A DNA stretch of 64,000 nt from an uncultured Gemmatimonadaceae bacterium. GTDB lineage: Bacteria; Gemmatimonadota; Gemmatimonadetes; Gemmatimonadales; Gemmatimonadaceae. The stretch spans positions 64,001 to 128,000 of the forward strand of contig CAWAGQ010000006.1 of NCBI GenBank assembly GCA_963781585.1, written 5' to 3'. Made by a program: the position numbers and the translations under genes. The notes below the pieces were generated by a model. That model did no database searches and was not told the DNA's origin. It saw only the letters and a list, made by a program, of their open reading frames with translations. Positions 20,184 to 29,541 of the stretch are shown piece by piece. Positions within the stretch are counted from its first letter, which is position 1. Each line of letters starts with the position of its first letter.

Positions 20184-20225
20184 ACTTTGGCCTTTGGCCT
20201 TTGGCCTTTGGCCTTTGGCCTTTGG
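20184..20225 (+). repeat. Heptamer tandem array (ACTTTGG plus CCTTTGG x5)
   Basis: Read directly; lies between the promoter and the blaI start. Confidence 0.9.
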
Positions 20226-20250
20226 CCCTCGGCCTCCGCTCTCCCACTCC

Positions 20251-20634
20251 ATGCCTGACATCTCTTTCACCGATCGCGAGCTGGACGTGATGGCCGTGCT
20301 GTGGCAGCGCGGTCCCTCCACTGTGGCCGAAGTGCGTGAGCTGCTCGCCGATCCGCTGGCCTACACGACCGTGCTGACCGTGCTGCGCACGCTCGAGGCC
20401 AAGGGCTATGTCGCGCATGAGCACGAGGGCAAGGCGCATCGCTACCGCCCTTTGGTGGCCCGGGAGGCCGCGGGCACGAGTGCGCTCGGTCAGGTGCTCG
20501 ACAAGATCTTCGACGGCTCTCGCGAGATGTTGCTCGCGAACCTCGTGCGCGAACGCGGCATCGATGACGTGGAGCTCCGGCGTCTTCGTCGAGTGCTCGA
20601 CGAACGAGCGACGAGACAGAGGGAAAGAAAATGA
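20251..20634 (+). CDS. blaI: BlaI/MecI/CopY family transcriptional repressor
   Basis: FTDRELDVMAVLW, LAYTTVLTVLRTLEAKGYV, FDGSREMLL. Confidence 0.92.
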   Translation: MPDISFTDRELDVMAVLWQRGPSTVAEVRELLADPLAYTTVLTVLRTLEAKGYVAHEHEGKAHRYRPLVAREAAGTSALGQVLDKIFDGSREMLLANLVRERGIDDVELRRLRRVLDERATRQRERK

Positions 20635-22076
20635 TCGCCCTCATGGCATACGGCACGCTGGTCGCTCTTTGCGCCGCCGTCTCGGCTCTCGCGCTGGAGC
20701 CGTTGGTGCGTGCCCGCGGATCGGGAACGCGCTGGATCTGGTGTGCTGCACTGGGTGTGAGCGTGCTCGGATGCGCGGCGGCGATGTTCGTGCCGCGCGA
20801 CGTCGCGAGTGACCACGCGCTTCTCCCTGCGCCGCAAGCGAGGCCTGTCCTCGCAATGCCGCCGGAAGTGTCGAGCCCCAGGTTTTCTGGCTGGGGACGA
20901 CGCTTCGACGACGGTCTCGCGGTCGCCTGGGCGGCGGTGAGCGTCGTGTTGCTCGGTGTCCTGCTCGCCGGGATGCGTCGCATCGATCGGGAACGTCGAC
21001 ACGCGCGGCCGCTCATCGGCAGCGGTGCGACGGTGCTGGTGACCGAACATCTCGGACCCGCGGTCGCTGGGTTCGTGCGGCCTGCGATTCTCGTTCCCCG
21101 CTGGGTGCTTGCGCTGGATGCCGTTCCGCGTCGGCTCCTGCTGACGCATGAGATCGAGCACCTGCGGGCCGGTGATGGGCGGTTGCTCTGGCTGAGCGCG
21201 GTCGTCGCCGCGCTCCTGCCATGGAATCCCGCCGTCTGGCTCATCGCACGGCGTCTCCGCCTGGCGGTGGAGGTTGACTGCGATGTACGCGTGCTGGCCC
21301 GGATCCCCGACGTGCGGGCCTACGGGGATCTCCTCCTCCTGACCGCCGCTCGGCGCGCGCCGGACCGCACGGTCGTGCTGGCCACCGTGCCCGGCGCTTC
21401 CACTGAACTTTCCCGGAGGATTCACGCGATGATCGATCGTCGTCCGCTCTCGAAACGATGGCCCATCGTGCGCATTGCCGTGGCGTTAGGTGCTGTGGTG
21501 GTGGCATGCGAGTCGCCCAGGCCGGAGCCGGTGGCGCCAGTGGACTTCGCCCGTACGCTGACCGGGTCCGCGAACAGCGAGAACCTGCCGAAGGGCTATC
21601 GTGAGATACCCGTCCTCAAGGCGTCCGACTCGGCGTTCGTGGACTATCTCCGGCGGTTTCACCCGGAACTCCTCTCCACGACCTCATCCAGTCCCGTGGT
21701 CCGCGTCTTCACCTATGCGGGTCAATTGGTCCAGGTCGGGCGCCCCGGTCTGTCAGGGCACATGTACGACGGGAGCGGACGGCTGCTGGCGAAGGCCGGC
21801 CTCGACAACATCGACCCGAACGACATCGGGAGCATCGAGGTGGTCAAAGGCCGCAAGCTCCCGGCCCCGCTGAGCGGCGGCTTGATCACCATCTTACTCA
21901 AGGAGCCCGCGGGAGCCTTGCCCGCCAAGCCAACGGCGGAAGGCGTGTGTCAGAACGGCTTCCGGCGTCGCGTCGGCTATGTGCCGGAACGGTGCGGTTC
22001 CCCCACAGTCGTGCTTCGTGAGACAGGCAAGGTCCCCAAGGTACTGCAGAAGGGAGACACCAGCCTCCCTCGGTGA
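20631..22076 (+). CDS. BlaR1-type M56 membrane metallopeptidase sensor
   Basis: GPAVAGFVRPAILVP, HEIEH Zn motif, WNPAVW, EVDCD; ATGA overlap with blaI. Confidence 0.88.
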   Translation: MIALMAYGTLVALCAAVSALALEPLVRARGSGTRWIWCAALGVSVLGCAAAMFVPRDVASDHALLPAPQARPVLAMPPEVSSPRFSGWGRRFDDGLAVAWAAVSVVLLGVLLAGMRRIDRERRHARPLIGSGATVLVTEHLGPAVAGFVRPAILVPRWVLALDAVPRRLLLTHEIEHLRAGDGRLLWLSAVVAALLPWNPAVWLIARRLRLAVEVDCDVRVLARIPDVRAYGDLLLLTAARRAPDRTVVLATVPGASTELSRRIHAMIDRRPLSKRWPIVRIAVALGAVVVACESPRPEPVAPVDFARTLTGSANSENLPKGYREIPVLKASDSAFVDYLRRFHPELLSTTSSSPVVRVFTYAGQLVQVGRPGLSGHMYDGSGRLLAKAGLDNIDPNDIGSIEVVKGRKLPAPLSGGLITILLKEPAGALPAKPTAEGVCQNGFRRRVGYVPERCGSPTVVLRETGKVPKVLQKGDTSLPR

Positions 22077-22081
22077 CCGCG

Positions 22082-22390
22082 CTACTGCCTCGACCAGAAC
22101 TCCGCATCATCGACGCGGGCACGCAGGGTGAGCGCGTCTCCGTCTGCCGCGATCTCCACATCCGCTGCGCGGAGCGGCGGGCCGCCGTCGTCCGCCAACT
22201 CGAACGCCAGGGTGTCGCGCGCCCTCACATAGCGCTCCGGATTCGTGACTCGCAGCGTGAAAATCGGCTCGATCAGCGCGTATCCGGTTCCGGGGTGAAA
22301 CACGCCTCCCACGAACCGTGTCGACGGGTCACGGTCTTCGAGCTCCGACCTGCCGAGCACGATGCCGTGGAGTTTCAGGGCGTACGTCAT
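22082..22390 (-). CDS. Hypothetical protein
   Basis: MTYALKLHGIVLGRSELE...; directly downstream of nadE on the same strand. Confidence 0.6.
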   Translation of the reverse strand: MTYALKLHGIVLGRSELEDRDPSTRFVGGVFHPGTGYALIEPIFTLRVTNPERYVRARDTLAFELADDGGPPLRAADVEIAADGDALTLRARVDDAEFWSRQ

Positions 22391-22406
22391 CGGCGACCGC
22401 GTCGCG

Positions 22407-24296
22407 TCAGTAGTCCACCGGCCGCAAATAGGACTCGCCGATCGCCGTGTGACTGAGGAGCGCGACCGTGGGCAGCTTGCGCTTCCAATGCGTTCCCTCG
22501 AGCCGATTGCGGACCAGCTCCACCTCGAACTGGTCGAACCCGCGCGAGCCGAGATCGGCGACTGAATATCCCCACAGCAACCAGTTGAGAATCGTGTCAG
22601 CTTTCGCGTAGCTGATGCCGAGGTCCGTCTCGTCGGTCTGTCCATCGACCAGATCGGCGGTCGCCGGCTTGGTGATGATCTCCTCCGGCACGCCCAGGTG
22701 ACGCGCCAGGGCCCACACCTGCGTTTTGAAGAGATCTCCCAGCGGGTTGATGGGTGGCGAATCGTCGGCGTGCCAGGTGAAGTACCCGAACAGGCGCTCG
22801 GTCTTGTTCCCGGTGCCTAACGGGACGCCCCGTTCGGCCGCCGACAGATCGAACAGGGCGATCATCCGCATCCGGGAGATCACGTTCCCTCGCCGGGTGC
22901 CGTCGGCCGTCGGCTCCTGCGCGAGGTAGCCGTCCACGGCCGCCGTCAGGTCAATGGTGCGGGTTCGGATCCCGAGCGCGTCGATCACCATCTGCGCATG
23001 TGCGAGGCTGTCGGGGCGCGATGTGCGGTAGGGAAGGCGAACCCCGAGCACGTTTTCGGCCCCGATCGCGCGCGCGGCCAGAAACGTCGTCACTGCCGAG
23101 TCCACGCCTCCCGACAAGCCGACTACGGCGCGCTCGAAACCTCGTCGCTGCATCTCGTCGCGAATGAACCGGACGAGCCACTCTTCGACCATGGGTGCGT
23201 CGATGTCGAGCGATGGCGGCTGGCCATGGGCGACACAGGGCACGTGCAGCGCGGGAATGATCCGGGTGGCGTTCGATTGGTGGGAGTCGAAGTCCGTCGG
23301 CGCGCCAGATTCTGTATTGGGGGGGGCCCCCCAGGCTCCTGTTCCTCGCGACGGCCGCTCCTCCGGTGGATCGAACGCCGCCATCCCCCCCTCCCCCCGT
23401 TCCACCGCCTCCATTGCCCGATGCAGGTGCGGCAGCGCCGTGCGCAGATCCGACAGCAGGGGCATATCCGCTCGCGCCCGGGCGATGTCGCCCAGGTCGA
23501 TGGCGAGCGTCACGATTGCCTCGTCAAATGCCGGCGCCCGCACCCGGAGATCGCCACGGGGACCGGCCACGCATGATCCGCCGGCAAAGACCTTCCCGCC
23601 TTCGCTTCCCGCCAGGTTGGCCAGCGACACAAAGACCCCGTGTTCATCGGCCATGTCCCGCACCAGACGCTCCCAACGCGCCACGCTCCCCGGGCCCGGC
23701 ACGCCGTCCAGCGACTGTAGCCCGCGTGCCGGCGCGGCTGAAGCAAGAAAGATGATCTGCGCGTCATCCAGCGCAGCGATCGCGCTCGAGAGGCTGTGCC
23801 AGGCGTCCTCGCAGATCAGCATCGCCGCACGTCCCCACGGCGTGTCGAACGCACGAATGTCGTGCCCCCGCTCGACAAACCGTTCCTCGTCGAACAGGCC
23901 GTACGTCGGGAGGAAGTTCTTGCGATGCACGTGGAGTACCCGAGGCGCCCCCTCGCCAAGCCGGATGTACGCCGAGCTGTTGTACAGCGTGTCGCGCCAC
24001 CGCTCGTAAAAGCCTACCACCACGTCGAGAGGGCGCCTGGCCCGCTCATCGCCGATGCTCTCCGCGTAGGCCGCATCCAGGTCGCGGGCCACCGTCCCCG
24101 CCGTCACCGCCACATCGCGCACTCCCCCTTCGACGAAGTAGCCGCTCAGCACGGTCTCCGGGAAATGCACTACATGCGGATGCGGCGACAGCATGCGCAG
24201 TTGCGCAAATACGTCGCTCAGGCGCGCGAGATTCGCCTCGTAGTCGCCTTTGAACGGGTGCAGCTGTGCTATGGCCAGGGTGAGCAGCCGGGACAT
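22407..24296 (-). CDS. nadE: Glutamine-dependent NAD+ synthetase (CN-hydrolase plus NAD synthase)
   Basis: Nitrilase triad motifs FPE, HRK, ICED; LSGGVDSA, GTGNKTE, GDLFKTQV, QTDE. Confidence 0.92.
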   Translation of the reverse strand: MSRLLTLAIAQLHPFKGDYEANLARLSDVFAQLRMLSPHPHVVHFPETVLSGYFVEGGVRDVAVTAGTVARDLDAAYAESIGDERARRPLDVVVGFYERWRDTLYNSSAYIRLGEGAPRVLHVHRKNFLPTYGLFDEERFVERGHDIRAFDTPWGRAAMLICEDAWHSLSSAIAALDDAQIIFLASAAPARGLQSLDGVPGPGSVARWERLVRDMADEHGVFVSLANLAGSEGGKVFAGGSCVAGPRGDLRVRAPAFDEAIVTLAIDLGDIARARADMPLLSDLRTALPHLHRAMEAVERGEGGMAAFDPPEERPSRGTGAWGAPPNTESGAPTDFDSHQSNATRIIPALHVPCVAHGQPPSLDIDAPMVEEWLVRFIRDEMQRRGFERAVVGLSGGVDSAVTTFLAARAIGAENVLGVRLPYRTSRPDSLAHAQMVIDALGIRTRTIDLTAAVDGYLAQEPTADGTRRGNVISRMRMIALFDLSAAERGVPLGTGNKTERLFGYFTWHADDSPPINPLGDLFKTQVWALARHLGVPEEIITKPATADLVDGQTDETDLGISYAKADTILNWLLWGYSVADLGSRGFDQFEVELVRNRLEGTHWKRKLPTVALLSHTAIGESYLRPVDY

Positions 24297-24515
24297 GGCA
24301 GAGAAGTTGGGGGCTGGTGAAATCGCGAGCAACAGCGACCTTTCGCTTCTCGTCGCGACGTACGGCGACGCGGCTGGCCAGGCCGCACGTTTTTGTGTCG
24401 CAGGTCACCCCGCCAGCCGGTGGAACGCCACACATCAGCCGGGTACGTACTGAGCGCGTTGTCCCGCTGGGCCGCGCTGTCTCAACCACATTCCGTCCCC
24501 ACCGCACGAGCGGCT

Positions 24516-24569
24516 CGTGGCCCGTGGCGTATGGTCTCCGGTTTTGACCTGTGGCCTATGGCCCTGGCC
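24516..24569 (+). repeat. Degenerate heptamer array (units such as CCTGTGG, CCTATGG)
   Basis: 7-nt periodic TGG/CC pattern upstream of the PBP1A gene. Confidence 0.4.
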
Positions 24570-24582
24570 CCATATTTGTCTC

Positions 24583-26634
24583 GTGTCACTCCCTCGAATT
24601 CTGCCCGCGGCACTCAGGCGGCCGGCCCGCGCTATCCGCCCGGCGCTGTTCCTCGTCACCGCGCTGTCGTCGGCAACCGCGCAGCAATCTCGACCCTCCT
24701 CAGGAGAGCCGTGGCAGATCATCCAACCGCTCCAGTCCACCTTCGTCTTCGCGCGTGACGGCTCGCTCATCGGCGAGATCGGTCGTGAATGGCGGTCGAG
24801 CATCTCCATCCGCACCCTGCCGAAATACGTCCCCGAGGCGTTCATAGCGGTCGAGGATCAGCGGTTCTATCAGCACGACGGCGTCGACATCGTAGGACTC
24901 GCGGGTGCCATCAAGGACGCCGTGCGCGGGAGTCCGCGCGGCGCCAGTACCATCACGCAGCAGCTGGTGGGCAACATGCACCCCGACATCATCGATCGCC
25001 GCGACATCAGCCTCGGGCGCAAGCTCCGCGAGCAGGCCGCTGCGAGAGAGATGGAGAAGCACTACACGAAGGAGCAGATCCTCGAGGCGTATCTCAACCA
25101 GCTCGACTTCGGCCACCGCTGGTTCGGTATCGAAACCGCCGCTCGCCACTATTTCGGCAAGGGCGCGGCGCAGCTGTCGGTTGCGGAGGCGGCGACGCTG
25201 GCCGCCATCATCAATGGTCCCAGCTACTACGATCCGGTCACGCACCCCGATCGCGCCCGCGGCCGGCGCAATCTCGTCCTGTCGCTCATGGCTGACCAGA
25301 AGTACCTGACCTCCGAACAAGCGGCCGCCGCGCGCCGCGATCCGCTCGAGATCGCGAAGGACGGAGGCTACGCCGCTCCCGCTCCGTACTTCGTGGACGT
25401 GGTGCGCGTTCAGGCCGAGCGCGCCGGCGTGCCGGTTACCGCCGGCGGCTATCGCGTCTACACGACGCTCGATCCCTCGGTGCAGCGTGCCGCCGTCACC
25501 GCCCTGGTCGACGGAACGCTCGAGATCGAGCGTCAGCCAGGCTATCGGCATCCCACGTTTCAGCACCGCACACCCGGGAGGAGCGACTATTTGCAGGGCG
25601 CGGTAGTCGCCCTCGATCCGTTCACCGGTGACGTGCGGGCGCTGGTCGGCGGTCGCGACTACGCGGCCTCGCCATTCGACCGGGCCGTTGATGCGATGCG
25701 CCAGCCCGGTTCGGCGTTCAAGCCGATCGTCTATGCGACCGCCATCGCCGACAGCCTCCCTCCGAATCTCGTCGTGTCAGACACCGCCATCGCCATCCCA
25801 TTGCCGAACCACACGGTCTACAAGCCGGAAAACTCGGACGGCGCGTACCTCGGCAACCTGACAATGCGCGAAGCCCTCGCGCGCTCGCGCAACGTCGTCG
25901 CCGTGCAGATCGGCCAGCGGGTTGGTATGGAATCGGTGATCGCGACGGCGAGAAGCATGGGAATCACGGCGCCCATCGAGCCCTATCCCTCCAGTGCGAT
26001 CGGCGCCGCGGCGGTGCAGCCGCTCGATCTCGTGGCTGCCTACGCGACGATCGCGAACCTCGGCGCGCGCGTCGAGGCACGGTTCATCACGTATATCGAG
26101 GACGCCGGGGGACACACCGTCTGGCAGAACCCCATTGTCCAGCCGCAGGAGGTGCTCGACCCACAGGTCGCCTTCATTGTCCGTGACATGATGCGGGACG
26201 TGGTGGAGCGCGGCACCGCCACCGCGGTCCGGCGCTTCCTTCCGGAGTCGGTGCCGGTGGCCGGCAAGACCGGCACGACCAACGACAACGCCGACGTCTG
26301 GTTCGTGGGCATGACGCCCGATCTCGTGGCCGGCGTGTGGCTCGGCTTCGATCGACCCGCTCCCATTGCACCCGGTGCCGCGGGCGGCACGCTGGCCGCC
26401 CCGATCTGGGGCAGGATGCTGGCCCTCGCCGGCGAGACCGGCGCCGGGGCGCCGTGGTCGCCGCCGGTGCAGCTGGTGACCGCCGAACTCGATCGCGACA
26501 CTGGCCAGCCCGTGACCGTCCTTACTCCGCCAGACCGCCGCTACACGGAGTACTTCCTCCCCGGAACCGAGCCGCTCTTCCTGCACCTCGACTCCTGGTC
26601 GCTCTTTCGTGGTCGTGCGCTCCAGCCTCGTTAG
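24583..26634 (+). CDS. Class A penicillin-binding protein (PBP1A family)
   Basis: EDQRFYQHDGVD, GASTITQQL, RKLRE, SAFK, SRN, KTG motifs; start uncertain (24517 or 24583). Confidence 0.92.
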   Translation: MSLPRILPAALRRPARAIRPALFLVTALSSATAQQSRPSSGEPWQIIQPLQSTFVFARDGSLIGEIGREWRSSISIRTLPKYVPEAFIAVEDQRFYQHDGVDIVGLAGAIKDAVRGSPRGASTITQQLVGNMHPDIIDRRDISLGRKLREQAAAREMEKHYTKEQILEAYLNQLDFGHRWFGIETAARHYFGKGAAQLSVAEAATLAAIINGPSYYDPVTHPDRARGRRNLVLSLMADQKYLTSEQAAAARRDPLEIAKDGGYAAPAPYFVDVVRVQAERAGVPVTAGGYRVYTTLDPSVQRAAVTALVDGTLEIERQPGYRHPTFQHRTPGRSDYLQGAVVALDPFTGDVRALVGGRDYAASPFDRAVDAMRQPGSAFKPIVYATAIADSLPPNLVVSDTAIAIPLPNHTVYKPENSDGAYLGNLTMREALARSRNVVAVQIGQRVGMESVIATARSMGITAPIEPYPSSAIGAAAVQPLDLVAAYATIANLGARVEARFITYIEDAGGHTVWQNPIVQPQEVLDPQVAFIVRDMMRDVVERGTATAVRRFLPESVPVAGKTGTTNDNADVWFVGMTPDLVAGVWLGFDRPAPIAPGAAGGTLAAPIWGRMLALAGETGAGAPWSPPVQLVTAELDRDTGQPVTVLTPPDRRYTEYFLPGTEPLFLHLDSWSLFRGRALQPR

Positions 26635-28132
26635 GCTCGGAACTCCACTCTGCTGGTTCCTGCTGGCAGGGCTCACGGGGGCCTGCCGGGACAATCCCGC
26701 CGGCCCCCCGCCTGACGCCACACTTACCCTCGCCACGTCCGGCAATCCCGGTGTGGTTCGAACGGCGGTCGCGCCGGTTCCGACGTTTGTCCTCCGAGAT
26801 GCCGCGGGCCGGGTGCTGGCCGGATTCCCCGTCTCGATTGCCGTGGCTGCGGGCGGCGGCACCCTTCGCGATGCTCCGCGCAATACCGCCGCCGGTCCGA
26901 CTCCGGTGGGCGAGTGGATCCTCGGCGCGAGCGCCGGGCACAATGCGCTCGTCGTCAGGATCGGCGCCCTCCCCCCTCTCCGCATCGAAGTCACCGCCTT
27001 GCCCGATCTGCCGGCGGACATGACGCCGGAATTCGGAGCGGATCAGACAGGCTTCGCGGGCGACAACCTCCCGCAGTCCCTCGCCGCAAAGGTCTTCGAC
27101 CGCTTCGGCAACGGCGTGCCCGGCGTCGTCGTCACGTTTGCAGCGGAGTCCGGAGGGGGTAGCATCTCGGAATCCACCGTGACGACGGATGGAAATGGCA
27201 TCGCGGGAGGTCCGACCTGGCACCTGGGACGCAACGGCGGAGACCAGGTCGTGATCGCCACCGCCGGCGCGTTGACGACGACCTTCACCGCCACCATTCG
27301 ATCCAGCTTCGATCCGGTCGTTCGCTTCATTGGATCCGCACCGTCGCCAACCATCGCCGCGGCGTTCGACTACGCGGTTCAGCGTGTGCATGCGGCGGTC
27401 ACCAGCGACATCCCCGATGTCGCCCTCCAGGGCTTCGATCTCGCACGCTGCGGGATCTCGGCTCCATCGATCACCGAGGTCGTGGACGACATGGTCATCT
27501 ATGCCGTGGTAGCTCCGATCGATGGCATCGGGGGGATCGTGGGCTCCGCCGGCCCGTGCCTGCAGCGCACGCTGTCGGGCTACACCGTCATCGGTGTCAT
27601 GCGATTCGACGAGGCCGACCTTGACGCGCTCGCGCTGACCCAGCGACTCAACGCCGTCGTCCTCCACGAGATGCTGCATCTGGTCGGCGTTGGCATCCTC
27701 TGGAATACCGTTGGGCTCCTCGCCGGAAGCGGGACCGGCGATCCGCGATTCCTCGGCAACCTGGCTGCAGAGCGCTGCGTCCTGCTCGGCGGAGCTGAAC
27801 CGTGCGGCGTCGGGAGCGTTCCGGTCGAGAACATCGGCGGCCCCGGAACCGTGGATCTCCACTGGCGAGAGTCGGTCTTCCACTCCGAACTGATGACGAG
27901 CTTTCTCGAGCCGACGCCCAACATGCCCCTGTCGGAGATGACCCTCGCGTCGCTGGCCGATATTGGCCTCACTCCCAATTACCACGCGGCAGACCCTTAC
28001 ATGGTCCCCGCTTCGTCTCCGGGCATCGCGCCACGGCTGTCCGGCGTTCCGGGCGCTCCCTGGGAGACGATCCAACCGCCGCGTTTCGAGATCACTCCGG
28101 AAGGCTGGGTCCGTCCGATCCGTTCGAGATGA
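26609..28132 (+). CDS. Lipoprotein with Ig-like domains and a leishmanolysin-like (M8) zinc metalloprotease domain
   Basis: Lipobox-like LTGAC; DGIGGIVGSAGP, LHEMLHLVG, HWRESVFHSELMT. Confidence 0.78.
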   Translation: MVVRSSLVRLGTPLCWFLLAGLTGACRDNPAGPPPDATLTLATSGNPGVVRTAVAPVPTFVLRDAAGRVLAGFPVSIAVAAGGGTLRDAPRNTAAGPTPVGEWILGASAGHNALVVRIGALPPLRIEVTALPDLPADMTPEFGADQTGFAGDNLPQSLAAKVFDRFGNGVPGVVVTFAAESGGGSISESTVTTDGNGIAGGPTWHLGRNGGDQVVIATAGALTTTFTATIRSSFDPVVRFIGSAPSPTIAAAFDYAVQRVHAAVTSDIPDVALQGFDLARCGISAPSITEVVDDMVIYAVVAPIDGIGGIVGSAGPCLQRTLSGYTVIGVMRFDEADLDALALTQRLNAVVLHEMLHLVGVGILWNTVGLLAGSGTGDPRFLGNLAAERCVLLGGAEPCGVGSVPVENIGGPGTVDLHWRESVFHSELMTSFLEPTPNMPLSEMTLASLADIGLTPNYHAADPYMVPASSPGIAPRLSGVPGAPWETIQPPRFEITPEGWVRPIRSR

Positions 28133-28135
28133 CTC

Positions 28136-29386
28136 CTACTCGTGTCGGATCGCGTCGATCGGACTGAGTCGCGCGGCGCGCCGGGCCGGATAGGTACCGA
28201 ACACGAGCCCGATGGTGATGGCGGAGACCGCGGCCACCAGCGCGGTGTTGGGAGACAGCGTCACCGCAAGTCCTTCGGGCGCGGAGAGACTCTTGATGAT
28301 CAGAATGGTGATCTCGGACAGCGCGACACCGAGCAGCACACCGGTCGCGCTGCCAATGCCCGAGACGACGACCGTTTCCGTGAGAAATTGCAGGTGGATA
28401 TCGCTTGCACGCGCGCCGACGGCCTTTCGCACGCCGATCTCCCGGGTCCGTTCGGTGACTGACGCCAGCATGATGTTCATGATCCCGATACCGCCCACCA
28501 GCAGCGAGATGCCGGCGAGCGCACCCAGGAAGAGCTTGAAGACGAGGATGCCCTTCGCCACTTCTTCCAGCCGGGATTCCTGAGCGAGGACATCGACCCG
28601 ATGCTCCCACCGGCCATATCGCCGGCCGAGCCAGTCCTCGATGCCGTCGCGCATCGGTCCTACCGCTTCCACGCTGCGTGCCCGCAACAGGATGTTGGGT
28701 GTGGAGCGGGTGACATCGCTCCCGAACACATACGCGGCGGCTTCGTACGGGACGTGTGCCTCGTACGTGCGTTCTCCCTTGTACGACGCCAGCACGCCGA
28801 TCACTTCTCGCGGTGTGCCATGCACCCGCACGAAGTCTCCGATCAGGTCTACCGGGCGACGCGCGCCGGCGATCTCGCTGGCCAGCTTGTAGGACAGCAC
28901 GATGACGGGTGCGTTGCGCGCCGCTTCGGCCGCCGTAAAAAAGCGGCCGTCGGCGAACTCGAGGTGGAGAAAACGGTCACTTCCGGGAGTCGACGCCGTG
29001 ACCGTCGCGCGGCGCTCGAGACCCGATCGCCCCCACATCACGTCACTCTGGCCCTGGAGCGTCATCGAAACCGCACCGACCGCGGGAATCTCGTCGGCCA
29101 ACGCGCGCGCGTCGCGCGGCGTGAAGATCGGGTAGTTGCGCACCGGAGTGAACTGGCCGTTCACGTATTCGTAGGTACGTGCCCGCACGATCACCGTCTG
29201 GACGTCGGTCGTGCGCTCCAGTTCGTTGCGGGCGAACTTCTCCATGGCGTCGCCGAGCGAGAGCACGGCCACCAGTGCGCCCACGCCGATGATGACCCCC
29301 AGGGTGGAGAGCACCGTCCGCAAAGGATTTACCCGGAGGGTGTCGAATCCGACGGCAAAGGCGGTCGCGATGGGAGCGATGCGCAC
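28136..29386 (-). CDS. MacB/FtsX-family ABC transporter permease
   Basis: LRTVLSTLGVIIGV, GGIGIMNIMLASVTERTREIGVRKAVGA, YPARRAARLSPIDAIRHE. Confidence 0.92.
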   Translation of the reverse strand: MRIAPIATAFAVGFDTLRVNPLRTVLSTLGVIIGVGALVAVLSLGDAMEKFARNELERTTDVQTVIVRARTYEYVNGQFTPVRNYPIFTPRDARALADEIPAVGAVSMTLQGQSDVMWGRSGLERRATVTASTPGSDRFLHLEFADGRFFTAAEAARNAPVIVLSYKLASEIAGARRPVDLIGDFVRVHGTPREVIGVLASYKGERTYEAHVPYEAAAYVFGSDVTRSTPNILLRARSVEAVGPMRDGIEDWLGRRYGRWEHRVDVLAQESRLEEVAKGILVFKLFLGALAGISLLVGGIGIMNIMLASVTERTREIGVRKAVGARASDIHLQFLTETVVVSGIGSATGVLLGVALSEITILIIKSLSAPEGLAVTLSPNTALVAAVSAITIGLVFGTYPARRAARLSPIDAIRHE

Positions 29387-29425
29387 GGAGCGGGAGTTTT
29401 TGAGTGTGCTAGGAGTACCCTCGGG

Positions 29426-29452
29426 TACGATGCGCCGTGAAGCGACGTTTCA
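29426..29452 (-). promoter_or_regulatory. Putative ECF sigma (SigW-like) promoter TGAAAC-N17-CGTA for the permease
   Basis: Minus strand reads TGAAAC GTCGCTTCACGGCGCAT CGTA, about 40 nt upstream of the start. Confidence 0.45.
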
Positions 29453-29484
29453 CGAGGGTGCGGAGGCGATTGGGCCTCAAGGCA

Positions 29485-29516
29485 CAAGCGACCCGGGAAT
29501 CCTCCCGGGTCGCTTG
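29485..29516 (-). terminator. Hairpin terminator downstream of lon
   Basis: 14-bp perfect inverted repeat CAAGCGACCCGGGA/TCCCGGGTCGCTTG. Confidence 0.65.
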
Positions 29517-29541
29517 GTTCGGCTGCGCGGCGGGTGCGGGT

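Noticed and set aside
20184..20225. Tandem repeats as a CRISPR array
   Set aside because: 7-nt units with no spacers, and no cas genes
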